Source of the DNA: Spirochaetia bacterium
GTDB lineage: Bacteria; Spirochaetota; Spirochaetia; SZUA-6; Bin103
Direction: 5' to 3'
NCBI GenBank assembly: GCA_965203055.1
Contig: OZ241863.1
Location: 2,656,001-2,720,000 of the forward strand
Length of the DNA: 64,000 bases
The notes beneath the pieces were generated by a model. The model saw only the letters and a program-made list of their open reading frames with translations. It did no database searches and had not been told where the DNA came from. Positions 45,718 to 55,221 of the stretch are shown in pieces. The position numbers were made by a program, and so were the translations under genes. The number at the start of each line of letters is the position of its first letter. The first letter of the stretch is position 1.

Positions 45718-46596
45718 ATGAACCGCCTGCTCGCGGCGCTGCGACAGGAGCGCCCGTTGCAGATCGCCGGCGCGGTCAACGCCTACGCCGCGCTGCTGGC
45801 GCAGGACGCCGGGTTTCGCGCGCTCTACCTGTCGGGCAGCGGCGTGGCGAGCGCCTGCTTCGGCCTCCCGGACCTTGCCTTGACCACCCTCTCGGAAGTG
45901 GCCGCGGAGACGCGGCGGATCACCGCGGCGACGGAGCTGCCGCTGCTGGTCGACGCCGACACCGGCTTCGGCGACGGGCTCGGCATCGCGCGCATGGTGC
46001 GCGAGCTGACCCGCGCCGGCGCCGCCGGGGTGCACCTGGAGGATCAGGCGGCGGCCAAGCGCTGCGGCCACCGCCCGGGCAAGGAGCTGGTGAGCGGCGC
46101 CGAGATGGAGGAGCGCATCGCCGCCGCGGCCGCGGCGCGCGGCGGCGGCGGCCTGCTGCTCATGGCGCGCACCGACGCGCTGGCGGTGGAGGGGCTGGAG
46201 GGCGCCGTGGAACGCGCCCGCGCCTACGCCGCGGCGGGAGCCGACGCGATCTTCTTCGAGGCGGCGCGCGAGCTGCGCGACTACGCCCGGGTCGCCGCCG
46301 CGGTAGGGGTGCCGGTGCTGGCCAACATGACCGAGTTCGGGGTGAGCCCGCTGTTCACCCTGGCCCAGTTGCGCGACCATGGCGTGGCGATGGTGCTGTA
46401 TCCGCTCACCGCGTTCCGCGCCATGAGCCAGGCCGCGCAGCGGGTGTATCGGGCGCTGCGGGCGGACGGCGGGCAGCATTCTGTGCTGGACGAGCTGCAG
46501 CCGCGGAGGGAGATGTATCGGGTGCTGAACTACGAGGCGTACGAACGCCGGATGGACGCGCTGCTGCGGCGCCGTCGAGCGGGGGGCGCGCGATGA
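45718..46596 (+). CDS. prpB: 2-methylisocitrate lyase
   Basis: YLSGSGVA...GLPDL, LLVDADTGFG, HLEDQ..AKRCGHRPGK, ARTDA, LANMTEFG. Confidence 0.95.
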   Translation: MNRLLAALRQERPLQIAGAVNAYAALLAQDAGFRALYLSGSGVASACFGLPDLALTTLSEVAAETRRITAATELPLLVDADTGFGDGLGIARMVRELTRAGAAGVHLEDQAAAKRCGHRPGKELVSGAEMEERIAAAAAARGGGGLLLMARTDALAVEGLEGAVERARAYAAAGADAIFFEAARELRDYARVAAAVGVPVLANMTEFGVSPLFTLAQLRDHGVAMVLYPLTAFRAMSQAAQRVYRALRADGGQHSVLDELQPRREMYRVLNYEAYERRMDALLRRRRAGGAR

Positions 46597-47726
46597 GCGG
46601 GAGTAGCGCCGGGCTGGCGGGGGTGACCGCCGGCGAGACCGCGGTCAGCACGGTGGGCAAGAGCGGCGCCGGGCTGACCTACCGCGGCTACGCGATCGAA
46701 GATCTGGCTTCCCGCGCCGGCTACGAGGAGTGCGCCTACCTGCTGATCCACGGCGCGCTGCCGGCGCCGGAAGAGCTGGCGGCGTACCGGCGGCGGCTGG
46801 CCGCGGGGCGGGTGCCGAGCGCCGCAACGCGCGCCATGCTGGAACTGCTGCCCGCCGCCTGCGATCCGATGGACGCGCTGCGCAGCGCCTGTTCCTTCAT
46901 CGGCGCCGAGGCCGCCGCGGCCGGCGCGCGGCCCGCCGCCGGGAACGAGGTCCGGGCGCAGGCCGACGCGCTGCTCGCCGCGCTGCCGGGGGCGCTGCTC
47001 TACCAGCAGGCCTTCGCGCAGCGGCGCGAGCGGCTGGACACCGACACCGGAGAGGGCTCCCTGGCCGCGCACTGCCTGCGCCTGCTGCGCGGCGCCGGCG
47101 CCGCCGGCAGCGAGCAGGTTGCGGCCCTGGATGCGGCTCTGATCCTGTACGCCGAGCACGAGTTCAACGCCTCGACCTTCGCCGCGCGCATCGTGGCGTC
47201 CACGCGCAGCGACTTCCACTCGGCGATGACCGCCGGCATCGGCGCGCTGCGCGGACCGCTGCACGGCGGCGCCAATGAGGCGGCGATGGCGCTGATCGCC
47301 CGCTGCCGCACTCCGGACGAGGCGGAACGGGAGGTGCTGCGGATGCTGGCGCGGCGCGAGCTGGTGATGGGCTTCGGCCACCGCGTCTACCGCGCCGGCG
47401 ATCCGCGCAGTCCGATAGCGCAGCGCTGGGCGCAGCGGCTGATCTCGAATGCGGCGCAGGAGCGGCACTACGCGGTGGCGCAGCGCATCGAGGCGGTGAT
47501 GCGGCGGGAGAAGGGGCTGTTTCCGAATCTCGACTTCTACAGCGCCCTGCTGTTCCACAACTGCGGCATCCCGACCGCGCTGTTCACGCCGCTGTTCGCG
47601 CTCAGCCGGGTGGCCGGTTGGGCCGCCCACTTCATCGAACAGCGCGAACGCAACCGCCTGATCCGCCCCACCGCGCGCTATACCGGACCGCCGCCGCGGC
47701 GGCTGCCGGACGCCGCCGGAGCATGA
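46593..47726 (+). CDS. prpC: 2-methylcitrate synthase
   Basis: GLAGVTAGETAVSTVG, LTYRGY, YAEHEFNASTF, GPLHGGANEAA, MGFGHRVY, FPNLDF. Confidence 0.93.
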   Translation: MSGSSAGLAGVTAGETAVSTVGKSGAGLTYRGYAIEDLASRAGYEECAYLLIHGALPAPEELAAYRRRLAAGRVPSAATRAMLELLPAACDPMDALRSACSFIGAEAAAAGARPAAGNEVRAQADALLAALPGALLYQQAFAQRRERLDTDTGEGSLAAHCLRLLRGAGAAGSEQVAALDAALILYAEHEFNASTFAARIVASTRSDFHSAMTAGIGALRGPLHGGANEAAMALIARCRTPDEAEREVLRMLARRELVMGFGHRVYRAGDPRSPIAQRWAQRLISNAAQERHYAVAQRIEAVMRREKGLFPNLDFYSALLFHNCGIPTALFTPLFALSRVAGWAAHFIEQRERNRLIRPTARYTGPPPRRLPDAAGA

Positions 47727-49216
47727 CGGCGCCGGCCGCGCCCGATCCGGTCCTGGCGCGGATCGCCGACTACGTGACCGCGCCGCCGGCGTTCGGCGAC
47801 CGGGCATACGACGCCGCCCGCCTCAGTCTGCTCGATTCGCTGGGCTGCGCGGTGCGCGCGCTCGAGGCGCCCGAGTGCCGCCGCCTCCTCGGCTCGCCGG
47901 GCGGCCGCTTCGGGCCGTCCGGAGCGGCGCGGGTGCCCGGCACCCGGCTGCAGCTCGATCCCGTCAGCGCGGCGTTCGACATCGGCGCCATGATCCGCTG
48001 GCTGGACTTCAACGACACCTGGCTGGCGGCCGAGTGGGGGCACCCGTCCGACAACCTGGGCGCGCTGCTGGCGCTGGCCGACGCCCGCTGCCGGGCCGCT
48101 CCCGGCGCCGCGGCGGGCGGCCCGGCGGCCGGCGCCCCCGCCGGCGCGCTGACGGTGCGCGACCTGCTGCGCGCCCAGATCCAGGCCTACGAGATCCAGG
48201 GCGTGCTGGCCCTGGAAAACAGCTTCAACCGGCTGGGGCTGGATCACGTGCTGCTGGTGCGGGTGGCGAGCGCCGCGGTCGCCGCCCGCATGCTGGGCGG
48301 CGATGCCGGGCGCGTGCTGGCGGCGCTGGCGCACGCGTTCCTCGACGGCGGGGCGCTGCGCGCCTACCGCCACGGCGCCACCGCCGGGCCGCGCAAGTCG
48401 TGGGCCGCCGGCGACGCCGCCAGCCGCGGGCTGTGGCTGGCCTGCCTGGCGCTGCGCGGCGAGCCGGGCTGCCCGACCGCCCTGAGCGCGCCGCGCTGGG
48501 GCTTCGAGGACGTGGTGCTGCGCGGCGGCGAGCTGCGGCTGGCGCGGCCGCTGGGCAGCTACGTGGCGGAGAACGTCCTGTTCAAGGTGGCCTTCCCGGC
48601 CGAGTTCCACGGCCAGACCGCGGTCGAGGCGGCCTTGGCGCTGCATCCGCAGGTACGCGGGCGGCTCGACGAGGTGGCCGAGGTGGCGATCGCCACGCAG
48701 GAATCGGCAATGCGGATCATCGATCAGCGGGGTCCGCTCACCTCCCCCGCGGCGCGCGATCACTGCCTGCAGTACATGGTCGCCGCGGCCCTGCTGCACG
48801 GCGAGCTGCGCGCCGAGCACTACCGGGACGCCGCCGCCGCCGACCCCCGCCTCGAGCGCCTGCGGCGCTGCGCCGCGGTGCGCGAGGAACCGCGCTACAC
48901 CCGCGAGTACCTGGACCCGGCCAAGCGCGCCATCGCCAACCGCGTGCAGGTGCGCTTCCGCGACCGCTCGGCCACGCCGGCCGTGGAGGTGACCTATCCG
49001 CTGGGCCATCCGCGCCGCCGCGGCGAGGCGCTGCCGCGCTTGCGCCGCAAGTTCGCGGCCGGCGTCAGCGCGCGGTTCAGCCCGGCGGGCGCCGCGGCAA
49101 TCGCGCGCCTGTGGGACGAACCGGAGCGCACCGACCGGCTGCGCGTCGATCAGCTCGTCGACTGCTTCACCCGCGAGCTGACCGCCGCCGGCGGCGGCGC
49201 GGAGGGTTGCATCTGA
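47723..49216 (+). CDS. prpD: 2-methylcitrate dehydratase
   Basis: IRWLDFNDTWLAAEWGHPSDNLG, RKSWAAGDA, FPAEFH.QTAVE, RDHCLQY, YPLGH.RRR. Confidence 0.95.
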   Translation: MTAPAAPDPVLARIADYVTAPPAFGDRAYDAARLSLLDSLGCAVRALEAPECRRLLGSPGGRFGPSGAARVPGTRLQLDPVSAAFDIGAMIRWLDFNDTWLAAEWGHPSDNLGALLALADARCRAAPGAAAGGPAAGAPAGALTVRDLLRAQIQAYEIQGVLALENSFNRLGLDHVLLVRVASAAVAARMLGGDAGRVLAALAHAFLDGGALRAYRHGATAGPRKSWAAGDAASRGLWLACLALRGEPGCPTALSAPRWGFEDVVLRGGELRLARPLGSYVAENVLFKVAFPAEFHGQTAVEAALALHPQVRGRLDEVAEVAIATQESAMRIIDQRGPLTSPAARDHCLQYMVAAALLHGELRAEHYRDAAAADPRLERLRRCAAVREEPRYTREYLDPAKRAIANRVQVRFRDRSATPAVEVTYPLGHPRRRGEALPRLRRKFAAGVSARFSPAGAAAIARLWDEPERTDRLRVDQLVDCFTRELTAAGGGAEGCI

Positions 49217-49242
49217 GGCCGGGAACGGCGCAGGATCGCGCC

Positions 49243-50091
49243 ATGGCCTACCCGTTCAAGAAGGGCATGATGTATCTGATGCCCACCCACTTCGGCCCCA
49301 TGGCGGGGCCGCGCCAGGGCGCGGACGGCGAACGCTTCGCGTGCCGGGACAATCCCCGCTCGACCAGCTACTCGGTGAGCTTCCTGACCAACGCCGAACA
49401 GCTCGAAGCGCTGCTGCCGGAGGGCTTCGCGCTGCACGGCGAGCCGGTGGTGACCGTCGATCAGACCCACATGAAGGAAATCGAGTGGCTCGCCGGGCGC
49501 GGCTACAACGTCATGGGGGTCACCTTCCCGGTCAGCTACACCGGGACCCGCGACCGCGCGGTCGGTCCGTTCCTTACGGTGCTGTGGGAGAACCTCACCG
49601 ATCCGATCCTGACCGGGCGCGAACAGCTTGGCTTTGCCAAGATCTACTGCGAGCTGCCGGACCCGGCCGTGTGCCGGGGCGAGACCCACGTCACCGCGAG
49701 CTGGCTCGGCTACCGCTTCCTGGACATGAAGCTGCGCGGCATGCAGCCGGTGGCGGCGGCCGACTACCCGACCGCCGCGGCGCCGCCCGCCGGCGGCGCG
49801 CTCACCGGGCAGCTCCATTACAAGTACATTCCCCGCACCGGCGGCGACTGGGATCAGGCCGACGCCGCCTACGCCACCCTTACCCCCGCGGCCGGAGCGC
49901 ACCGCCGCATCACCGCCATGTGGCGCGGCGAGGGGAGCGTGCAGTTCCACCGCGCCCGCTGGGAGGACATGCCGACCCAGTTCATGATCGTCAACGCGCT
50001 GCAGCAGTTGGAGGTCAAGGAATACCGGGGGGCCGCCATTACCCAGGCAGTCGGCGGCAAGGACCTGAGCGACCAGCGCAAGCTGGAATGA
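49243..50091 (+). CDS. Acetoacetate decarboxylase-family protein
   Basis: MPTHFGP, WLAGRGY, LWEN..DPI.TGREQLGFAK (ADC-family G.E..G.PK-like Lys motif). Confidence 0.8.
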   Translation: MAYPFKKGMMYLMPTHFGPMAGPRQGADGERFACRDNPRSTSYSVSFLTNAEQLEALLPEGFALHGEPVVTVDQTHMKEIEWLAGRGYNVMGVTFPVSYTGTRDRAVGPFLTVLWENLTDPILTGREQLGFAKIYCELPDPAVCRGETHVTASWLGYRFLDMKLRGMQPVAAADYPTAAAPPAGGALTGQLHYKYIPRTGGDWDQADAAYATLTPAAGAHRRITAMWRGEGSVQFHRARWEDMPTQFMIVNALQQLEVKEYRGAAITQAVGGKDLSDQRKLE

Positions 50092-52175
50092 CGCCCGCGC
50101 CCGTGGAGCGGCCGCTTGCCCTCGAAGACCTGCTCGCCGCCGGCGCGGAGCGAGCGCAGGCGCATGCCATCCGGGAGCGGGTGAACCGCCTGCCCGCCGC
50201 GGCGGAAACCGGCGCCGGCGGCCAGGCGGCCGCGCAATGCTGCTGGCACGAGCTGGCGCGCACGGTGCTGACGCCCGCCACGCCGTTCGCCGTGCACAAG
50301 CTGCTCTACGAGCGCATCTACCGGCAGCGCGATCCGGCGCCGGCCTGGATTCCCACCGCCGAGGAGATCCGCGCCAGCAACCTGCATGCGCTGATGCGGG
50401 AGCGGGGGTGCGCCACCTATGAGGAGCTGTTCGCCTGGTCGGTGACGCGGCGCATGGAGTTCTGGGGCCACCTCGCGCGGCGGTTGCGCATCCGCTTCGC
50501 CCGTCCCTGGCTCGCCGTCGCCGACCTGTCCGACCTGCGCGCGCCGCGCTGGTTTCCCGGCGCCCGGCTGAACATCGCGGAAAGCTGCTTCAACGCGCCC
50601 GCCGAGGCGGTGGCAATCGTGCACCAGGCGGAGGAGGGCGCCCCGGCCGCGGTCAGCTACGGCGAGCTGCGCGCGTTGGCCAACCGGGTAGCCAACGGAC
50701 TGTATGCGGCCGGATACCAACCCGGCGACCGCATCGCCCTGGACCTGCCAATGACGGCGCAAGCGGTCGCCATCTATCTCGGCATCGTGCTCGCGGGGTG
50801 CACCGCGGTGGGCATCGCCGACAGCTTCGCCGCCGCGGAGATCGGCGTGCGGCTGCGGATTACCGGCGCCAGGGCGATCTTCACCCAGGACGAGATGCGG
50901 CGCGGCGGCAAGGTGCTGCCCCTGTACGCCAAGGTGCTGCAGGCGGAGGCGCCGCCCGCCATCGTGCTCGCGCGCGGCAGCGCGCCGGCCGCGGTCAGCC
51001 GCCGCGGCGACCTGAGCTGGGAGGAATTTCTCAGCGGCGACGCCGACTTCGGCCCGCGGCCGTGCGACCCGGAGGCGGCCACCAACATCCTGTTCTCGTC
51101 CGGCACTACCGGCGAACCGAAGGCGATCCCGTGGACCCACGCCACGCCGCTGAAGTGCGCCGCCGACGGCTGGCTGCATCAGGACATCCGGGCGGGCGAC
51201 GTCGCGGCGTGGCCCACCAGCCTGGGCTGGATGATGGGGCCGTGGCTGATCTACGCCAGTCTCATCAACCGCGCCGCCATGGCGCTGTTCGACGGCGCGC
51301 CCACCGGGCGCGAGTTCGGGGAGTTCGTGCAGCGCGCCGGCGTCACCATGCTGGGGGTGGTGCCCAGTCTGGTGCGGGAGTGGCGCCGCTCCGGCTGCAT
51401 GGAGGGACTGGACTGGCGCGCGATCCGCGCCTTCAGTTCCACCGGCGAGCCTTCCAACGGCGACGATTACCTCTATCTGATGGCCCTGGCAGGCTACCGC
51501 CCGGTGATCGAGTACTGCGGCGGCACCGAGATCGGCGGCGCCTACGTCACCGGAACCGTGGTGCAACCCTCCGCTCCCACCGCCTGCACCACGCCGGCGC
51601 TGGGAATCGACTTCCTGCTCCTCGACGCCGCCGGCCAACCGGCCGCCAACGGCGAGGTGTTCCTGCGGCCGCCCTCCGTCGGCTTGTCCAATACCCTGCT
51701 CAACCAGGATCATCACGCGGTGTACTTCGACGCCGCGCCGGCGCCGGCCGGCACCAGCGCGCCGTTGCGCCGCCACGGCGACCAGCTCGAACGGCTCGCC
51801 GGCGGCGGCTACCGGATCCATGGACGGGTGGACGACACCATGAACCTGGGCGGCATCAAGGTCAGCTCGGCGGAGATCGAGCGCGTGCTCAACAAGGTGC
51901 CGGGCGTCAAGGAGACCGCCGCGGTGGCGGTGCCGCCGGCGGCCGGCGGTCCCGGCCGGCTGGTGATCTACGCCGTGCCGTACCCCGGCGCCGAGCTGCC
52001 GGCGGGCGAGCTGCGCGCGCGCCTGCAGCGCGCCCTCCGCGAGCAGCTCAATCCGCTGTTCCGCATCCACGAGGCGGTGCCGGTGACGGCCCTGCCGCGC
52101 ACCGCATCCAACAAGACCCTGCGGCGGGTGCTGCGCGCCGGCTATCGGGCGGCCGCCGCCGAGCGCCGGCCATGA
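50088..52175 (+). CDS. AMP-forming acyl-CoA synthetase (acetate/acetoacetate-CoA ligase-like)
   Basis: ILFSSGTTGEPKAIPW, WPTSLGWMMGPW, STGE, EYCGGTEIGG, GRVDDTMNLGGIK, LPRTASNK. Confidence 0.88.
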   Translation: MTPAPVERPLALEDLLAAGAERAQAHAIRERVNRLPAAAETGAGGQAAAQCCWHELARTVLTPATPFAVHKLLYERIYRQRDPAPAWIPTAEEIRASNLHALMRERGCATYEELFAWSVTRRMEFWGHLARRLRIRFARPWLAVADLSDLRAPRWFPGARLNIAESCFNAPAEAVAIVHQAEEGAPAAVSYGELRALANRVANGLYAAGYQPGDRIALDLPMTAQAVAIYLGIVLAGCTAVGIADSFAAAEIGVRLRITGARAIFTQDEMRRGGKVLPLYAKVLQAEAPPAIVLARGSAPAAVSRRGDLSWEEFLSGDADFGPRPCDPEAATNILFSSGTTGEPKAIPWTHATPLKCAADGWLHQDIRAGDVAAWPTSLGWMMGPWLIYASLINRAAMALFDGAPTGREFGEFVQRAGVTMLGVVPSLVREWRRSGCMEGLDWRAIRAFSSTGEPSNGDDYLYLMALAGYRPVIEYCGGTEIGGAYVTGTVVQPSAPTACTTPALGIDFLLLDAAGQPAANGEVFLRPPSVGLSNTLLNQDHHAVYFDAAPAPAGTSAPLRRHGDQLERLAGGGYRIHGRVDDTMNLGGIKVSSAEIERVLNKVPGVKETAAVAVPPAAGGPGRLVIYAVPYPGAELPAGELRARLQRALREQLNPLFRIHEAVPVTALPRTASNKTLRRVLRAGYRAAAAERRP

Positions 52176-53359
52176 AGCGTAATCGGGTCGCTCTGATGAG
52201 CGCGGTGCGGACCGCGCACGGCGCGTTCGGCGGCGCCCTGAAGGAGTGTTCCGGGCCGTTCCTGGGCTCGGTGGTGATCCGCGAGGCGCTGCGGCGGGCC
52301 GGCAGCGCCGGGGAGCAGGTGGACGAGGTGATCATGGGCAACGTCTACCAGGCCGGCAACGGGCCGAACCCGGCGCGGGTGGCGGCGGTGAAGGCGGCGC
52401 TGCCCTACTCCGTCCCCGCCATGACGGTCAACAAGGTGTGCGGGTCGGGGCTGAAGGCGATCAGCCTGGCGGCCCAGGCCATTGCCCTGGGCGACGCCGA
52501 CGGCATCGTCGCCGGCGGCATGGAGTCGATGAGCGGGGCGCCCTACCTGATCAGCGCCGGCCGCTGGGGAGCGCGCATGGGCCACGGCACGCTGGTGGAC
52601 GTGATGCTGCGCGACGGCCTGTGGGATTGCTTCGTCGACTGCCACATGGGCACCACCGCCGAGACGCTGGCGGCGCGCTATGAGGTGACGCGCGCCGCGC
52701 AGGACCGCTACGCGCTGCGGAGTCAGCGGCGCTATCAGGCGGCGCTGCAGGCGGATCGGTTCCGCGCGGAGATCACGGCGGTGCCGGTGGGCCGCGGCAA
52801 GGCCCCGCCGCGGGAGTTCAGCGCCGACGAGCCGCCGCGCCCGGACAGCAGCCCGGAGGGCCTCGCCGCTCTGCGCCCCGCGTTCGAGCCCAACGGCACG
52901 GTTACCGCGGCGAACGCCGCCAAGTTGAGCGACGGCGCCGCCGCGCTGGTGGTGACGAGCGAGGCGCGGGCCGCGGCGAGCGGGCGCGAGCCGCTGGCCT
53001 GGGTGGGCGGCTACGCCGCCGCCGGAGTGGACCCGGCGATCATGGGCATCGGACCGGCCTTCGCCATCCGCAAGCTGCTCGCGGACACCGGGCTTACCCT
53101 GGCCGACATCGACCTGCTGGAGGTCAACGAGGCGTTCGCCGGGCAGGTGCTGGCGGTGGGGCGCGAGTTGGGGTGGGACGAGTCACGGGTGAACGTCAAC
53201 GGCGGGGCGCTGGCCATGGGCCATCCGTTGGGCGCCAGCGGCGCCCGCATCGCGGTCACCCTGCTCCACGAGATGGGGCGGCGCGCGGCGCGGCGCGGCA
53301 TCGCCGCCCTCTGCATCGGCGGCGGCATGGGGTTTGCGCTGCTGTTGGAGCGCGGCTGA
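52172..53359 (+). CDS. Acetyl-CoA C-acetyltransferase (thiolase II)
   Basis: NKVCGSGLK, NEAFA, GHPLGASGAR, LCIGGG. Confidence 0.93.
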   Translation: MKRNRVALMSAVRTAHGAFGGALKECSGPFLGSVVIREALRRAGSAGEQVDEVIMGNVYQAGNGPNPARVAAVKAALPYSVPAMTVNKVCGSGLKAISLAAQAIALGDADGIVAGGMESMSGAPYLISAGRWGARMGHGTLVDVMLRDGLWDCFVDCHMGTTAETLAARYEVTRAAQDRYALRSQRRYQAALQADRFRAEITAVPVGRGKAPPREFSADEPPRPDSSPEGLAALRPAFEPNGTVTAANAAKLSDGAAALVVTSEARAAASGREPLAWVGGYAAAGVDPAIMGIGPAFAIRKLLADTGLTLADIDLLEVNEAFAGQVLAVGRELGWDESRVNVNGGALAMGHPLGASGARIAVTLLHEMGRRAARRGIAALCIGGGMGFALLLERG

Positions 53360-54178
53360 GGGCGGCCGGCGCCGCTGGCGCAGCGCCTCGAACAGCAGCG
53401 CGGCGCCCGCCATGGCCACGTTGATCGAATCGGCGCGGCCCAGCAGGGGAATCGATACCGCGGCCGGCGCGGCGCGCAACCAGGCGGCGTCCAGGCCGCA
53501 CTGCTCGTTGCCCAGCACCACCGCGAGCGCGCCGGTAAGGTCATGGTCGGTGTAGCAGCGCGCGGCCGCGGGCGAGGTGACCACGGTGCGCACGCCGCGC
53601 GCGGCCAGCCAGCAGCGGGTGGCCGCGGCCGGGGCCTGCGCCGCCGGCACCGTGAACAGCGTGCCGACGCTGGCGCGCACCACGTTGGGATTGAACAGGT
53701 CGGTGACCGGATCGCAGCAGATCAGTCCGGCGGCGCCCACCGCGTCCGCGGTGCGCAGCAGCGTTCCGAGGTTGCCCGGCTTCTCGAGGGCGGCGGCGAC
53801 CACGTAGAGGGCGTCCGCCGGCGGCGGCGGCAGGTGGTCGAGCGTCCAGGCCGGCAGCGGGGCCACGGCCAGCAGACCGTCCGGGCGGTCGCGGTAGGAG
53901 AGCTTGGCGAACACCGCGGGCGCGGCTTCGATCAGGCGGGCGCCGCAGGCCGCGGCGGCTCGGGCCAGCAGCGCCGGTTCATTGCTGCCCAGGTAGAACG
54001 CCGGACAGTGGTATACCGATTCCAGCGGCAGCCCGGCTTCCACCGCCCGCGACAGTTCACGGTAGCCTTCGATCAGAAACGCCTGCTCGCGGTTGCGCCC
54101 CCGCCGGCGGCGCAACCGCACCGCCCGCTTCACCCCGGCGTTCCGCATGCTGGCGACCGGCTGGGCGACCGGCAGCAT
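53183..54178 (-). CDS. TrmH/SpoU family RNA methyltransferase
   Basis: FLIEG.RE, EKPGNLGTLLRTADA, VRASVG, GNEQCGL, SINVA; 3' end overlaps the thiolase. Confidence 0.88.
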   Translation of the reverse strand: MLPVAQPVASMRNAGVKRAVRLRRRRGRNREQAFLIEGYRELSRAVEAGLPLESVYHCPAFYLGSNEPALLARAAAACGARLIEAAPAVFAKLSYRDRPDGLLAVAPLPAWTLDHLPPPPADALYVVAAALEKPGNLGTLLRTADAVGAAGLICCDPVTDLFNPNVVRASVGTLFTVPAAQAPAAATRCWLAARGVRTVVTSPAAARCYTDHDLTGALAVVLGNEQCGLDAAWLRAAPAAVSIPLLGRADSINVAMAGAALLFEALRQRRRPPSAALQQQRKPHAAADAEGGDAAPRRAPPHLVEQGDRDAGAAGAQRMAHGQRPAVDVHP

Positions 54179-55080
54179 CACGGCAGCTCGACGGGAACCA
54201 CCCCCAGGCCGGCGTCGAGCTGCGCCAGGACGTGGCCGGCGTCGTGCTGGAACAACAGCAGCCAGCGGTGCGCGGCAATCAGTTCCAGGTAGCGGCGGCG
54301 GGTCGCCATGGTACGCCGCGGGTCCACGTCCAGGGCGGGCACGTAGTGCGGCTTGAGATGCGCCGCGAACGGAAACAGATCGGCGGTGAACAGCAGCGTG
54401 CGCCCGCCGCCGGTGACGGTCACCACCTGGTGGTGATCGGTGTGCCCCGGCGCGGCGCGCAGCCACAGCCCCGGAATCACCTCCAGCTCGCCGGCCACCG
54501 GGTCGAGCACCCCGGCCGCGGCCAGCGGTTCCCAGGTCTCCGCCCGGTAGCTCGCCTGACTGCGGCGGTCGGGCGCGCGCGCGTAGGCCAGCTCGCCGCG
54601 GTGAACCAGGTAGCGCGCCGCCGGGAAGGTGGGGCGCGCGCCGGGGCCGGCGCCGCGCACCGCGCCGCCGGCGTGGTCGAAGTGCAGGTGGGTCAGCACC
54701 ACGTGGGTCACCGCCTCCGGCGCCACCCCCAGCGCCGCCAGTTCCGCCAGCAGCCGCCAGGGCGGATCGGCAACGCCGTACAGCTCCCGGAACCGGGCGC
54801 CCGCGGCCAGGTCGCCCAGACCGGTGTCGACCAGCACCAGCGCCGGGTTGCCGGCAGCGTCGCGGCCGCGCACCAGCATGCTGCGCGCGGCCACCGCCAC
54901 CCGGTTGCGCTGGTCCGGCGCGGCGCAGCGTTCCCACATCACCCGCGGCACGGTGCCGAACATCATCCCGCCGTCAAGGCGAAAGGTCACGTCGGCGCAC
55001 ACCAGCACCTCCAGCTCGCCGAAGCGCAACGGCGCGCCGCGGCGGCCCGCGCCGCTCGCTGCGGATTGCGGCCCCGGCAT
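54178..55080 (-). CDS. Metallo-beta-lactamase fold hydrolase (YtnP-like)
   Basis: LDGGMMFG.VP...W, THLHFDHAGG, PGHT..H, ADL, FQHD. Confidence 0.88.
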   Translation of the reverse strand: MPGPQSAASGAGRRGAPLRFGELEVLVCADVTFRLDGGMMFGTVPRVMWERCAAPDQRNRVAVAARSMLVRGRDAAGNPALVLVDTGLGDLAAGARFRELYGVADPPWRLLAELAALGVAPEAVTHVVLTHLHFDHAGGAVRGAGPGARPTFPAARYLVHRGELAYARAPDRRSQASYRAETWEPLAAAGVLDPVAGELEVIPGLWLRAAPGHTDHHQVVTVTGGGRTLLFTADLFPFAAHLKPHYVPALDVDPRRTMATRRRYLELIAAHRWLLLFQHDAGHVLAQLDAGLGVVPVELP

Positions 55081-55221
55081 TGCCCCGGCTACCGCAGCAC
55101 CGACTTCGCAGAATGCCACCCTGTACCTCCCGTGCGGCGCGCATCGTAGCGCGGATCGGCGCCGCGGTCAGCACCCGCGGCGCCGGCGCGCCCGGACGGG
55201 TTGCGGTAGAATGACGGCGCC

